Part shown: one piece after another, positions 18,204 to 26,585 of the stretch
Layout: each line of letters starts with the position of its first letter
Position numbering within the stretch: the stretch's first letter is position 1
Source: an uncultured Pseudomonadales bacterium
GTDB taxonomy: Bacteria > Patescibacteriota > Microgenomatia > UBA1400 > UBA1396
Direction of reading: 5' to 3'
Assembly: GCA_964519905.1 (NCBI GenBank)
Contig: CAZFLN010000003.1
Location: 1,413-65,412 of the forward strand
DNA length: 64,000 nucleotides
Made by a program: the position numbers and the translations under genes
The notes under the pieces: model-generated
Databases searched by the model: none
What the model was told of the DNA's origin: nothing
Seen by the model: the letters and a program-made list of their open reading frames with translations, nothing else

Positions 18204-19794
18204 GCTTTCTGTGAAGATAAAAAACTGGATTTTTCTGCTCTCCTTGAGTGCGATTTTCCTCGTTTCGTTTGCTGTTCGACTCTCTGGATTTGATCGTCCA
18301 TTGGCTGATTGGCACTCTTTCCGTCAGGTTGATACTGCTTCAGTAACGAGAGAGTATCAAAAGCACGGTATCGATCCCCTTCGACCCAGGTACCACGATG
18401 TCTCGAACATCCAGTCTGGGTACGACAATCCAGAGGGTTGGCGCATGGTAGAGTTTCCACTTTTAAATATTGTGGTGGCCAGTATTTTGCAGTGGCAGCC
18501 AGAATGGAACTTGGTGGAAACTCATCGGGGAGTATCAATTTTTTCTTCGCTTGTATCGCTTTTGTGTTTGTCTTTTTTACTGCTCCGCTGGTATGGAAAG
18601 TTGGTGAGTTTGGTTGGTGCCTTTATTTTTGGTACGATGCCATTTAATATTTTCTTCTCGACTGTAGTCTTGCCAGAACCATTTATGGTGATGTGGGCAT
18701 TGTTAGCGGCAGTGTTTTTTACACTCTGGGCACAAGACAGTGCTCGGAAGTTTGATCAGGGTCAAGGAAAAGTGTTTATTTTTTCTGATATTTGGTTGCT
18801 TTTTGCTGGGCTGAGTTTTGCTGCTGCGCTGTTAGTAAAGCCGATGGCTGTTTTCTTTGTTCCAGTGTATGCCGCTGTAATTTGGCAGCAACGTCGTTGG
18901 AGTTGGCCTGCAATTGTCAAAGCAGGTATCGTTTTTTTCGCCGCTATTTTACCGCTCCTTTGGTGGCGCAATTGGATTCAAAATTTCCCAACAGGCATTC
19001 CTGCCTCGGATTGGTTGCTGAACGGAAATGGAATTCGTTTTCGTCCGGCTTGGTGGCGTTGGCTCTTTGGTGATCGCATTGGTCGAATGATGTTTGGTCA
19101 CTGGGGAGCATCTTTGGTGCTTCTTGGTGGTGTAGCAGCTTTGTGGAATTGGCCAAAGAAGCGCTTGTCCAGACAATCTTGGTTCGGTTGGGTGGTGTCA
19201 GAGCTTGATCGCCTTGTACGCACGGAGGGTTTGGTGCTGGCATTTGCCGTTGGGTGTCTTTCGTATCTCGTAATTTTTGCTTCTGGAAATGTTCAACATG
19301 ATTATTATCAAACACTTATTGTTCCAGCACTTTCGGTTTTAGCTGCTCGAGGAAGCGTGTGGCTTTTCAGGTTTGCTCGAAATGCTTGGCAGCAGGTGTG
19401 GATTGCCTTTGGGCTCTTGAGTGTCATTCTGTTTTCCTGGATGTTTGCATGGCATGACATTCAGCAGTTGTTTGCAATTAATAATCCGGCGGTCGTGCCT
19501 GCTGGCCAAGCGGTGCAGCGCCATGCGGGAGCTGATGATCTCGTAATTGCCTCATATATGGGTGACACGACACTTCTTTTTGCCAGTGATCGTCGTGGCT
19601 GGCCGATTGGTTTTTCGCTTGATCAAAAACTTGAGGCAGGAGCAGCGTGGTATCTTTCCACCGCGTTGGATGACGAAACACGAGATTTAATTGAACGATT
19701 TACATTGGTAGAGCAAACGGACCTGTATTCATTGATCGATCTGCGAAAAGTTTCTACTGAGTCGGCGGATGTTGGCCCACGGTTAAGAGAGTAA
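18196..19794 (+). CDS. GT-C fold membrane glycosyltransferase (ArnT/PMT-like)
   Basis: Start MFKLSVKIKNW overlaps the upstream stop. More than 10 predicted TM segments. Early loop with RQVD acidic motif. Hydrophilic C-terminal domain. Confidence 0.5.
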   Translation: MFKLSVKIKNWIFLLSLSAIFLVSFAVRLSGFDRPLADWHSFRQVDTASVTREYQKHGIDPLRPRYHDVSNIQSGYDNPEGWRMVEFPLLNIVVASILQWQPEWNLVETHRGVSIFSSLVSLLCLSFLLLRWYGKLVSLVGAFIFGTMPFNIFFSTVVLPEPFMVMWALLAAVFFTLWAQDSARKFDQGQGKVFIFSDIWLLFAGLSFAAALLVKPMAVFFVPVYAAVIWQQRRWSWPAIVKAGIVFFAAILPLLWWRNWIQNFPTGIPASDWLLNGNGIRFRPAWWRWLFGDRIGRMMFGHWGASLVLLGGVAALWNWPKKRLSRQSWFGWVVSELDRLVRTEGLVLAFAVGCLSYLVIFASGNVQHDYYQTLIVPALSVLAARGSVWLFRFARNAWQQVWIAFGLLSVILFSWMFAWHDIQQLFAINNPAVVPAGQAVQRHAGADDLVIASYMGDTTLLFASDRRGWPIGFSLDQKLEAGAAWYLSTALDDETRDLIERFTLVEQTDLYSLIDLRKVSTESADVGPRLRE

Positions 19795-19796
19795 AT

Positions 19797-21020
19797 ATGC
19801 GAATTTTAATGTTAACCCCCTACTTGCCGTATCCACTCTTGAGTGGTGGTCAGGTTCGATCGTACAATCTCCTCAAGGAAATTTCGAAGGAGCATGACGT
19901 AACACTTTTTTCGCTCGTTAAAGATTCATCTGAGAAGGAGAATATTCGAGAGCTGGAAAAATTTTGTTCTCGAGTTGAAGTGTTTCAACGAACTGCCAAG
20001 CCTTGGCATCCTCGAAACATTTTGCTGGCTGCGGTTACGCCATATCCGTTTGTAGTGACACGGAATTTAGTTTTGTCTCTGCGTGGTGCCATTGCGGAAG
20101 AGTTACAGCGTCAAAAATATGACCTGATTCACGTCGAAACGTTCTACATGATGCCAAGTATTCCTAAGACAACAACACCAACACTTCTGGTGGAGCAGAC
20201 CATTGAGTATCTTGGGTATCAGCAGTTTGCTGATCAGATAACGAAAAAGTTTCCCTTTCTTTCTCCACTACTTTCGGTTGATATTGCCAAGATTACATAC
20301 TGGGAACGACTCTACTGGCGAACCTGCAATCAGCTGATTACTGTGTCGGAGGATGATCGCGAGTTTATTCATGAACAGCTCCCAGAAATTCCACCGATAA
20401 AAGTGGTGAGCAATGGTGTTGACTCCGCTTTTTTTGCTGAGAAACCAAAGAAAGCCGACTCAATTCCGACACTGCTCTTTGTCGGAACGTTTCACTGGCG
20501 TCCAAATGTTGAGGCTGTGGAGTACTTGGTAGAAAAAGTCTGGCCTTTGGTAAAGAAACAGGTCCCCAATGCACGATTACGAATAGCTGGCGCGTCTCCG
20601 ACCGCCAAAATTCAATCTTTCCAAGAGAAAGATGCAAGTATTATTGTGACTGGACGTGTTCCAGATATTCGCGACGAGTATAGCCGAGCACATGTTCTCG
20701 TGGCTCCGGTGCTCAGTGGAAAAGGAACCCGGTATAAGGTTCTTGAGGCAATGGCCAGTAAGACGCCAGTAGTGGGGACAGAGATCGCACTTGAAGGTAT
20801 TGGCGCCGAACCAGAAACGGAGTGTCTCATTGGCAACACACCGGTTGAGTTAGCTGCGCAAACAGTTCGAGTTTTGCAAGATGTTTCGTTGCAGAAATCA
20901 CTGGGTGAAGCAGGAAGAAAGTTTGTAACCAAGAACTTTAGCTGGAAGAGTATTGGTCAAGATTTGTTGCGAATTTATGAGGAAACTGCCTCCGAAAATA
21001 AAGTGCCAGATTCTCAATGA
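19797..21020 (+). CDS. glycosyltransferase family 4
   Basis: MRILMLTPYLPYPLLSGGQVRSYNLLKEISK N-terminus. C-terminal GT4 block EAMASKTPVVGTEIALEGI. Confidence 0.75.
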   Translation: MRILMLTPYLPYPLLSGGQVRSYNLLKEISKEHDVTLFSLVKDSSEKENIRELEKFCSRVEVFQRTAKPWHPRNILLAAVTPYPFVVTRNLVLSLRGAIAEELQRQKYDLIHVETFYMMPSIPKTTTPTLLVEQTIEYLGYQQFADQITKKFPFLSPLLSVDIAKITYWERLYWRTCNQLITVSEDDREFIHEQLPEIPPIKVVSNGVDSAFFAEKPKKADSIPTLLFVGTFHWRPNVEAVEYLVEKVWPLVKKQVPNARLRIAGASPTAKIQSFQEKDASIIVTGRVPDIRDEYSRAHVLVAPVLSGKGTRYKVLEAMASKTPVVGTEIALEGIGAEPETECLIGNTPVELAAQTVRVLQDVSLQKSLGEAGRKFVTKNFSWKSIGQDLLRIYEETASENKVPDSQ

Positions 21021-21946
21021 TCAATACTTCAAATCTCACTATTGTCTTAGTAAATTACAACTCTGGAGTGTGGTTAGAGCGGTGTTTAGCCTCTTTTCGC
21101 AACATAATTGGTTGGAATGAGCAAGAACCTCCGTACAGAGTAATTTTGGTAGACAATGCTTCAAGCGACGGTTCAACTGAACTGGTTGAACGAGCGTATG
21201 ACTGGCTCGAAGTGATTCGTTTACCAGAGAATGTTGGATTTTCAGCCGGGAATAACGTCGCACTTTCTCAAGTGACTACCCCGTTTGCCATGCTGCTCAA
21301 CACTGATACAGAGTTTATTCCAGGAACAGACTTGAGTGTTTTTATTGAACAAAACTTTTCTGATCCGAATGTTGGCGTGCTATCTCCACGAGTGGAGTTT
21401 CCAGATGGAACGTTGGATCATGCGAGCCATCGAGGTTTTCCGACACTTTGGAATGCAGCGGCATATTTTTCTGGTTTGAGTCGTGCATTTCCGCGGAGTA
21501 AAATTTTTGCTGGTTACACTCTTGGATGGAAAAACCCAACAGAAGCACATGAAATTCAAGCCTGTACCGGGGCAGCCATGATTGTACGAACCAGCGCTAT
21601 GCAAGAAGTCGGATTGCTTGATGAATCTTTCTTTATGTACGCAGAGGATATCGATTGGTGCAAACGATTTTTTGATGCCGGTTGGAAAATTTGGTACGAC
21701 CCAAGCTTGGTGGTAATTCATCATAAGCACAAGTCGGGGCAAGGGAAAGATGCTGATTTTTCCACAAAAGAGCGGACAATTCGTGCGTTTTATGACACGA
21801 TGAAGCAGTACTTCCGAAAACATAGTTCTCAATCACCAGCTCTGGTACTTCTGGGCGCATTTGCTATGATAGATATATTGAAGTATCGAAAACTGAATCA
21901 AGAAAGGAAACGTCATGTACGTTCAAGAACTTCGATCCAAAATTGA
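21017..21946 (+). CDS. glycosyltransferase family 2 (WbbL-like subfamily)
   Basis: LTIVLVNYNSGVWLERCL, VILVDNASSDGS and LDESFFMYAEDIDWCKR. ATGA overlap with the upstream GT4. Confidence 0.75.
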   Translation: MINTSNLTIVLVNYNSGVWLERCLASFRNIIGWNEQEPPYRVILVDNASSDGSTELVERAYDWLEVIRLPENVGFSAGNNVALSQVTTPFAMLLNTDTEFIPGTDLSVFIEQNFSDPNVGVLSPRVEFPDGTLDHASHRGFPTLWNAAAYFSGLSRAFPRSKIFAGYTLGWKNPTEAHEIQACTGAAMIVRTSAMQEVGLLDESFFMYAEDIDWCKRFFDAGWKIWYDPSLVVIHHKHKSGQGKDADFSTKERTIRAFYDTMKQYFRKHSSQSPALVLLGAFAMIDILKYRKLNQERKRHVRSRTSIQN

Positions 21947-22472
21947 AATTGAGCAGCGCCGTCAACTCAACAATAGTGTTTTTGCTTTAGTAATCATCTT
22001 TTTCAGCGTCATTTTTAGTTCTGTGGCTCCGCAAATGATGTATGAATACTTGTTGCAAGGCGTTTCTGTTGAACAGCAACTCATGCTTTTACAGTATATT
22101 CCTTTGGCTTCTTACTTGGTGGCTTTTGTAGCTTTTGCGATGACTGTTTTTGGACATTTTTCTCACCGTCGACGAGTGCGTTTGTACGAGCAAGAAATGA
22201 TGTTGCTTGAGTACACTCAAGATGACTGCAATTGTGGTCATGAACACCACTCACATCATGCACACGCTGATCTCACCGATTTGTCAGATACAGATTTTGA
22301 AATTGAAACCGAAGAAGTAATTGTTGAGGCTACTCCAGAAGTTCGAGAGGGTTCCGTAGCTGATTTGTCAGCTGCACTCTCTAATGCTAATGCCAAAGCA
22401 ATGCCAAAGAAATCCGTTTCTTCTTCCAAGAAGCGTGGACGATCTGCTGGCAAGAAGTCAAGTAAAAAATAA
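21915..22472 (+). CDS. hypothetical membrane protein with Cys/His-rich motif and polybasic tail
   Basis: Two TM segments, then CNCGHEHHSHHAH, then an acidic stretch, then a K/R/S-rich C-terminus. Confidence 0.4.
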   Translation: MYVQELRSKIEIEQRRQLNNSVFALVIIFFSVIFSSVAPQMMYEYLLQGVSVEQQLMLLQYIPLASYLVAFVAFAMTVFGHFSHRRRVRLYEQEMMLLEYTQDDCNCGHEHHSHHAHADLTDLSDTDFEIETEEVIVEATPEVREGSVADLSAALSNANAKAMPKKSVSSSKKRGRSAGKKSSKK

Positions 22473-22485
22473 CAAGTGAGGCAGC

Positions 22486-23652
22486 TTGCCGGAATACCGA
22501 AGAATCGGGATTGATGCGCGGCTCGCTGGAGCTCGCCACGCTGGCATTGGTCGCTACGAGGCCGAAATAATTTCTCGCCTCGTAGCAGAGCCAAAATTCC
22601 TTGATGAAACAAGGAAGATACAAGTGCAGTGGGTGATTTGGCTGCACAGTTCTGATGATGGCGCATGGCTCCCGCAGGAACTCCCTGCTTGGGTGCAAGT
22701 GAAGCGGACTTCTGTCCGGCACTACAGTCTGGCGGAACAGTGGCTCTGGCCGTTGCAGTTGAGATCGGTCGCTTGTGAGCTCTTGTGGGTGCCGCATTTT
22801 AATGTTCCGGTTCTTTGTCCATTTCCATGGGTGGTGACACTCCATGATTTGCTGTGGCATAAAGAAAAAGATGCTCGGTCAACAACACTCCCTGGATGGA
22901 AGCATTTCCTGAAACATCGAGTCTATACCCTTGTGACTCGTTTGGCTGCGCAGCGTGCCGAAAGCGTCATAGTTCCCAGCAAAGAGGTCGGGAAAGATGT
23001 GAAGTCCCGCTTTGGGAAGGAACTCAACATTCACGTTACTCCAGAAGGAGTGGCGGAAATTTATCGCACAATAGATTTGGTCAACAATGATTCGCAGTCC
23101 TCACAAACACATCCAAGAATTGTGTATGTGGGAAGTTTATATCCACATAAAAACCTGGAAGTGGTACTGCAATCGTTGCGAGGTTTGCCAGAATTCACTT
23201 TGGAAGTTGTGAGCACTCGATCTGTTTTTACTGAAGCTTTTTTGGAGCGTGCTGATGAGCTGGGTGTTCGTACTCAGGTTGAGTACATTGGCTATCTTCC
23301 TGATCAAGAGTTGATACAACGTTTGCATGGCGCTGTGGCCTTGATTCAACCTTCGAGCTTTGAAGGGTTTGGTTTAACTGGATTGGAAGGTATGTCTGTT
23401 GGAGTTCCGGTCGTTGCCAGTGACCTGCCTGTTTTTGCAGAAGTGTATGGAAAACACGCCTATTCTTTCCCCAAACATGATGCTATTGCATTAGCAAAAG
23501 TCCTCAAAGAACTCTGGAAGCACCCACCAAAGCGACAGGTTTTGCAGGATGCTCAACGATATGCGCAGCGTTTTAGTTGGGATCGCACGACTCAGCAAAC
23601 TTGGGAAGTATTACGAAGTTCCTGGAAAGGGATACGTGATTCTGACAGATAA
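22486..23652 (+). CDS. glycosyltransferase family 4
   Basis: RIGIDARLAGARHAGIGRYEAEII N-terminus typical of GT4. C-terminal GFGLTGLEGMSVGVPVVASD. Confidence 0.7.
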   Translation: MPEYRRIGIDARLAGARHAGIGRYEAEIISRLVAEPKFLDETRKIQVQWVIWLHSSDDGAWLPQELPAWVQVKRTSVRHYSLAEQWLWPLQLRSVACELLWVPHFNVPVLCPFPWVVTLHDLLWHKEKDARSTTLPGWKHFLKHRVYTLVTRLAAQRAESVIVPSKEVGKDVKSRFGKELNIHVTPEGVAEIYRTIDLVNNDSQSSQTHPRIVYVGSLYPHKNLEVVLQSLRGLPEFTLEVVSTRSVFTEAFLERADELGVRTQVEYIGYLPDQELIQRLHGAVALIQPSSFEGFGLTGLEGMSVGVPVVASDLPVFAEVYGKHAYSFPKHDAIALAKVLKELWKHPPKRQVLQDAQRYAQRFSWDRTTQQTWEVLRSSWKGIRDSDR

Positions 23653-23659
23653 AAAGCAA

Positions 23660-24805
23660 GTGGGCTCCGAACATCCAAAAGTAGCATTGGTGTATGACCG
23701 TGCTGCGGCGCAAGGTGGAGCGGAGCGGGTGCTCACAGCTTTGCGGGAAGGATTCCCTGATGCTCCGCTTTTTACATCTGTGGTAGTGCGGAAAGAAGCG
23801 CCTTGGACAGCTGGTTGGACAATTCGTACCAGCTGGATTCAGCGTTTGCCAGGTTTCTTCCAGCGGTATCGCTGGTGGGGCTGGGCAATGCCCTTTGTTT
23901 TCGAAGGTTTCGATTTTTCTCAGTATGATGTCGTGATTTCGGTCACTGGCGAGGCCGCCAAGGGAGTCATTACCCAGCCCCACCAGCTTCATATTTGTTA
24001 TCTCCTCACACCAACACGGTATCTCTGGTCTCATCGCCAAGAAGCGGAGAAATCTCTTTGGGGAGGCATCCGTCCGCTTGGCGCAAAAGTACTCGATGTT
24101 TTGCAGCGCTGGGACGCGGTTGCAGCACAACGCCCAGATGTCATTATTCCGATTTCTCGCTTAGTCGCTGAGCGAACGAAGCAGTATTATCAGCGAGCAA
24201 CGTTGGCCCCATTCTATCCGCCGTTGACGACACTGCCGACGGCTCAACAGCCAACGCTTGCCTTAGAGACTCCTTTTTTCTTTACCTGGGGAAGGCATGT
24301 GGCGTACAAGCGTTTTGATTTGGTCATTCGGGCTGCCATACAGCAGAAAGAGCAACTGGTTATCGCTGGGTATGGACCTGAGACCTCCAAGCTGCGTCGT
24401 TTGGCACGTAAGTATGATGCGTCTTCTCAGTATGTTCGCTTTGTGGGACGTGTTTCCGATGCGGAGCTCAAATGGTACTTGGAGCGGGCGAAGGCAGCAG
24501 TTTTCCCTCAGATCGAGGATTTTGGGATCGCCGCGGGCGAAGCCATCTTGGCAGGTTGCCCGGTAATTCTGCATGAAAAGTCTGGAGTAGCAGAAATTCT
24601 CACCAAGAATTCTGCAGTAAAAATTTCCGAAGAATCAGTAAAAAGTGTGGCTGAAGCAATGCAAGCAGTGAAGAAAAAACAGTGGTCAAGACTTGACATG
24701 CAGCGAGAAGCACGACAATATGCAGGGGCACGCTTTGTCAGGCAGTGGCAAGATCTCGTCGAGAAGCAATGGCGCGATCACCAGAAATCTTGGCAAACGC
24801 TTTAA
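23660..24805 (+). CDS. glycosyltransferase family 4 (start uncertain: GTG 23660, or an upstream alternative at 23549 overlapping the previous gene)
   Basis: KVALVYDRAAAQGGAERVLTAL N-terminus. E-x7-E motif EDFGIAAGE near the C-terminus. Confidence 0.6.
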   Translation: MGSEHPKVALVYDRAAAQGGAERVLTALREGFPDAPLFTSVVVRKEAPWTAGWTIRTSWIQRLPGFFQRYRWWGWAMPFVFEGFDFSQYDVVISVTGEAAKGVITQPHQLHICYLLTPTRYLWSHRQEAEKSLWGGIRPLGAKVLDVLQRWDAVAAQRPDVIIPISRLVAERTKQYYQRATLAPFYPPLTTLPTAQQPTLALETPFFFTWGRHVAYKRFDLVIRAAIQQKEQLVIAGYGPETSKLRRLARKYDASSQYVRFVGRVSDAELKWYLERAKAAVFPQIEDFGIAAGEAILAGCPVILHEKSGVAEILTKNSAVKISEESVKSVAEAMQAVKKKQWSRLDMQREARQYAGARFVRQWQDLVEKQWRDHQKSWQTL

Positions 24806-24816
24806 GAAAGGACAAC

Positions 24817-25929
24817 ATGAGTCAAATCGATACATCACACGTTTACGCGGTGGTTTTGGCAGGTGGCAGCGGTACTCGCTTGTGGCCAAAATCTCGAGAT
24901 AACACTCCAAAGCAATTTTTAAAACTTGGGGGTGATCGGACGCTGCTCCAGCAGACGGTTGACCGCATTTTAGACATGATCCCTTGGGAACGCGTGATTG
25001 TTGTCACCAACGAAAAATACGTCGAGGATGTACGCGCGCAACTTCCTGAGGTTCCTGCCGAAAATATTATTGCCGAACCTGCGAAACGCGACACCGCTTT
25101 AGCCATGGGACTTGGTGCCGTGATTGCCCAGAAGCGTGATCCGGAAGCAATTGTTGTTAACATGGCGTCTGACGCCGTGTTACAAGATGTCGAAGAATAC
25201 AAAAGAGTGCTCCTGGCAGCGATCGAACTCTCTGCCAAGAAAACACACCTCACAACAGTAGGTATTACTCCAAGTTCTCCCAATGTCAACTTTGGATATA
25301 TTAAGGCGGGTGAGTCTCTCGACACCATTGCTGGCTATCCAGTATTGGCAGTGAAGAGTTTTAAAGAAAAGCCAGATTTGCAAACCGCTGAACAGTTTTT
25401 AGCGGAAGGAGATTATTACTGGAACGCCAATATGTACACCTGGCATTCTCAGACGGCTTTGGCGGCCTTTCAAGAACATCAGCCTGAAATGTATGCTGCA
25501 CTCTTGAGAATTTCTGATGCGGTTGATACTCCAGCCTTTGAGTCCGTTTTGGCAAAAGAATATGAGGCAGCTGAAAAAGTGGCAATCGATGTTGCCATTT
25601 CGGAGAAAGTCTCAAACTTGGCGCTTTTCCCTGGTAATTTTGGTTGGGATGACATCGGTTTGTGGAGTACTGTTTTCGAGCTGGGCGAAAAAGACTCAAA
25701 CGGAAACGTGCAAGTTCGTGACGGCTTTGATACTGCCCCAGTTTTGTCTCTCGACTCGAAGAACAACCTGGTTGCGACCAACAAGCGTTTAGTCGCTCTG
25801 CTTGGGGTCGAAGATTTGGTTGTGATCGACAGCGGAGATGTTCTCCTGGTCTTGCCACGAAGTCGAGCCGCAGACGTAAAGAAAGTTGTTCAACAGCTCG
25901 AAGCTGATGGACAGCAGCAGTATTTATGA
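24817..25929 (+). CDS. manC: mannose-1-phosphate guanylyltransferase (ManC/CpsB-type nucleotidyltransferase)
   Basis: Start MSQIDTS with RBS aaagga. VVLAGGSGTRLWPKSRDNTPKQF signature. The upstream ORF-track extension is spurious. Confidence 0.7.
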   Translation: MSQIDTSHVYAVVLAGGSGTRLWPKSRDNTPKQFLKLGGDRTLLQQTVDRILDMIPWERVIVVTNEKYVEDVRAQLPEVPAENIIAEPAKRDTALAMGLGAVIAQKRDPEAIVVNMASDAVLQDVEEYKRVLLAAIELSAKKTHLTTVGITPSSPNVNFGYIKAGESLDTIAGYPVLAVKSFKEKPDLQTAEQFLAEGDYYWNANMYTWHSQTALAAFQEHQPEMYAALLRISDAVDTPAFESVLAKEYEAAEKVAIDVAISEKVSNLALFPGNFGWDDIGLWSTVFELGEKDSNGNVQVRDGFDTAPVLSLDSKNNLVATNKRLVALLGVEDLVVIDSGDVLLVLPRSRAADVKKVVQQLEADGQQQYL

Positions 25930-26546
25930 TGTACGAACAGCAAAAGCGGGTGCTCGATATCATCGTCGCTTGTGGTCTGGTAATTGCCTTTTTGCCGTTT
26001 TGGGTATTGGTACCGCTGCTTATTTGGTTTGATTCTGGTTGGCCTGTATTCTTTACTCATACCCGAGTTGGAAAAGGTGGAAAGCCGATTAAACTCTACA
26101 AGTTCAGATCTATGGTTCCAAACGCCGACCGAATTTTGCATGAACAGAATCCAGAACTTCTCAAACAGTTCAAGAAAAATGACTGGAAGCTTGAGCATGA
26201 TCCTCGAATTACTCGTTTGGGGAAAGCCTTGCGCGCGCTTACCATTGATGAGTTTCCACAACTTCTCAACGTTCTTCGTGGCGAGATGAGTATGGTTGGC
26301 CCTCGAGCCTACGTTCAGAAAGAACTGGACGAGCAAACCAAACGGTACCCAGAAACCAAGCCACTTGTAAAAGAGATCATGAGTGTGAAACCTGGTATTA
26401 CTGGGCCTTGGCAAGTTTCGGGCAGAAATGATGTTCCATTTGTCCAACGTGCCAAAATGGACTCCGATTATGCTCGACAGAAGAGCATTTATAATGATAT
26501 CCTAATACTACTGAAGACTCCCCGAGCTATGATTTCTCGGTGGTAA
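25926..26546 (+). CDS. initiating sugar-1-phosphate transferase (bacterial sugar transferase, WbaP/WcaJ C-domain type)
   Basis: KRVLDIIVACGLV, YKFRSM, DEFPQLLNVLRGEMSMVGPR and PGITGPWQVSGR blocks. ATGA overlap with manC. Confidence 0.8.
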   Translation: MMYEQQKRVLDIIVACGLVIAFLPFWVLVPLLIWFDSGWPVFFTHTRVGKGGKPIKLYKFRSMVPNADRILHEQNPELLKQFKKNDWKLEHDPRITRLGKALRALTIDEFPQLLNVLRGEMSMVGPRAYVQKELDEQTKRYPETKPLVKEIMSVKPGITGPWQVSGRNDVPFVQRAKMDSDYARQKSIYNDILILLKTPRAMISRW

Positions 26547-26585
26547 TTTCGTTTCTCTCTTTGAGGAACAGATCAGAAGGAACCT

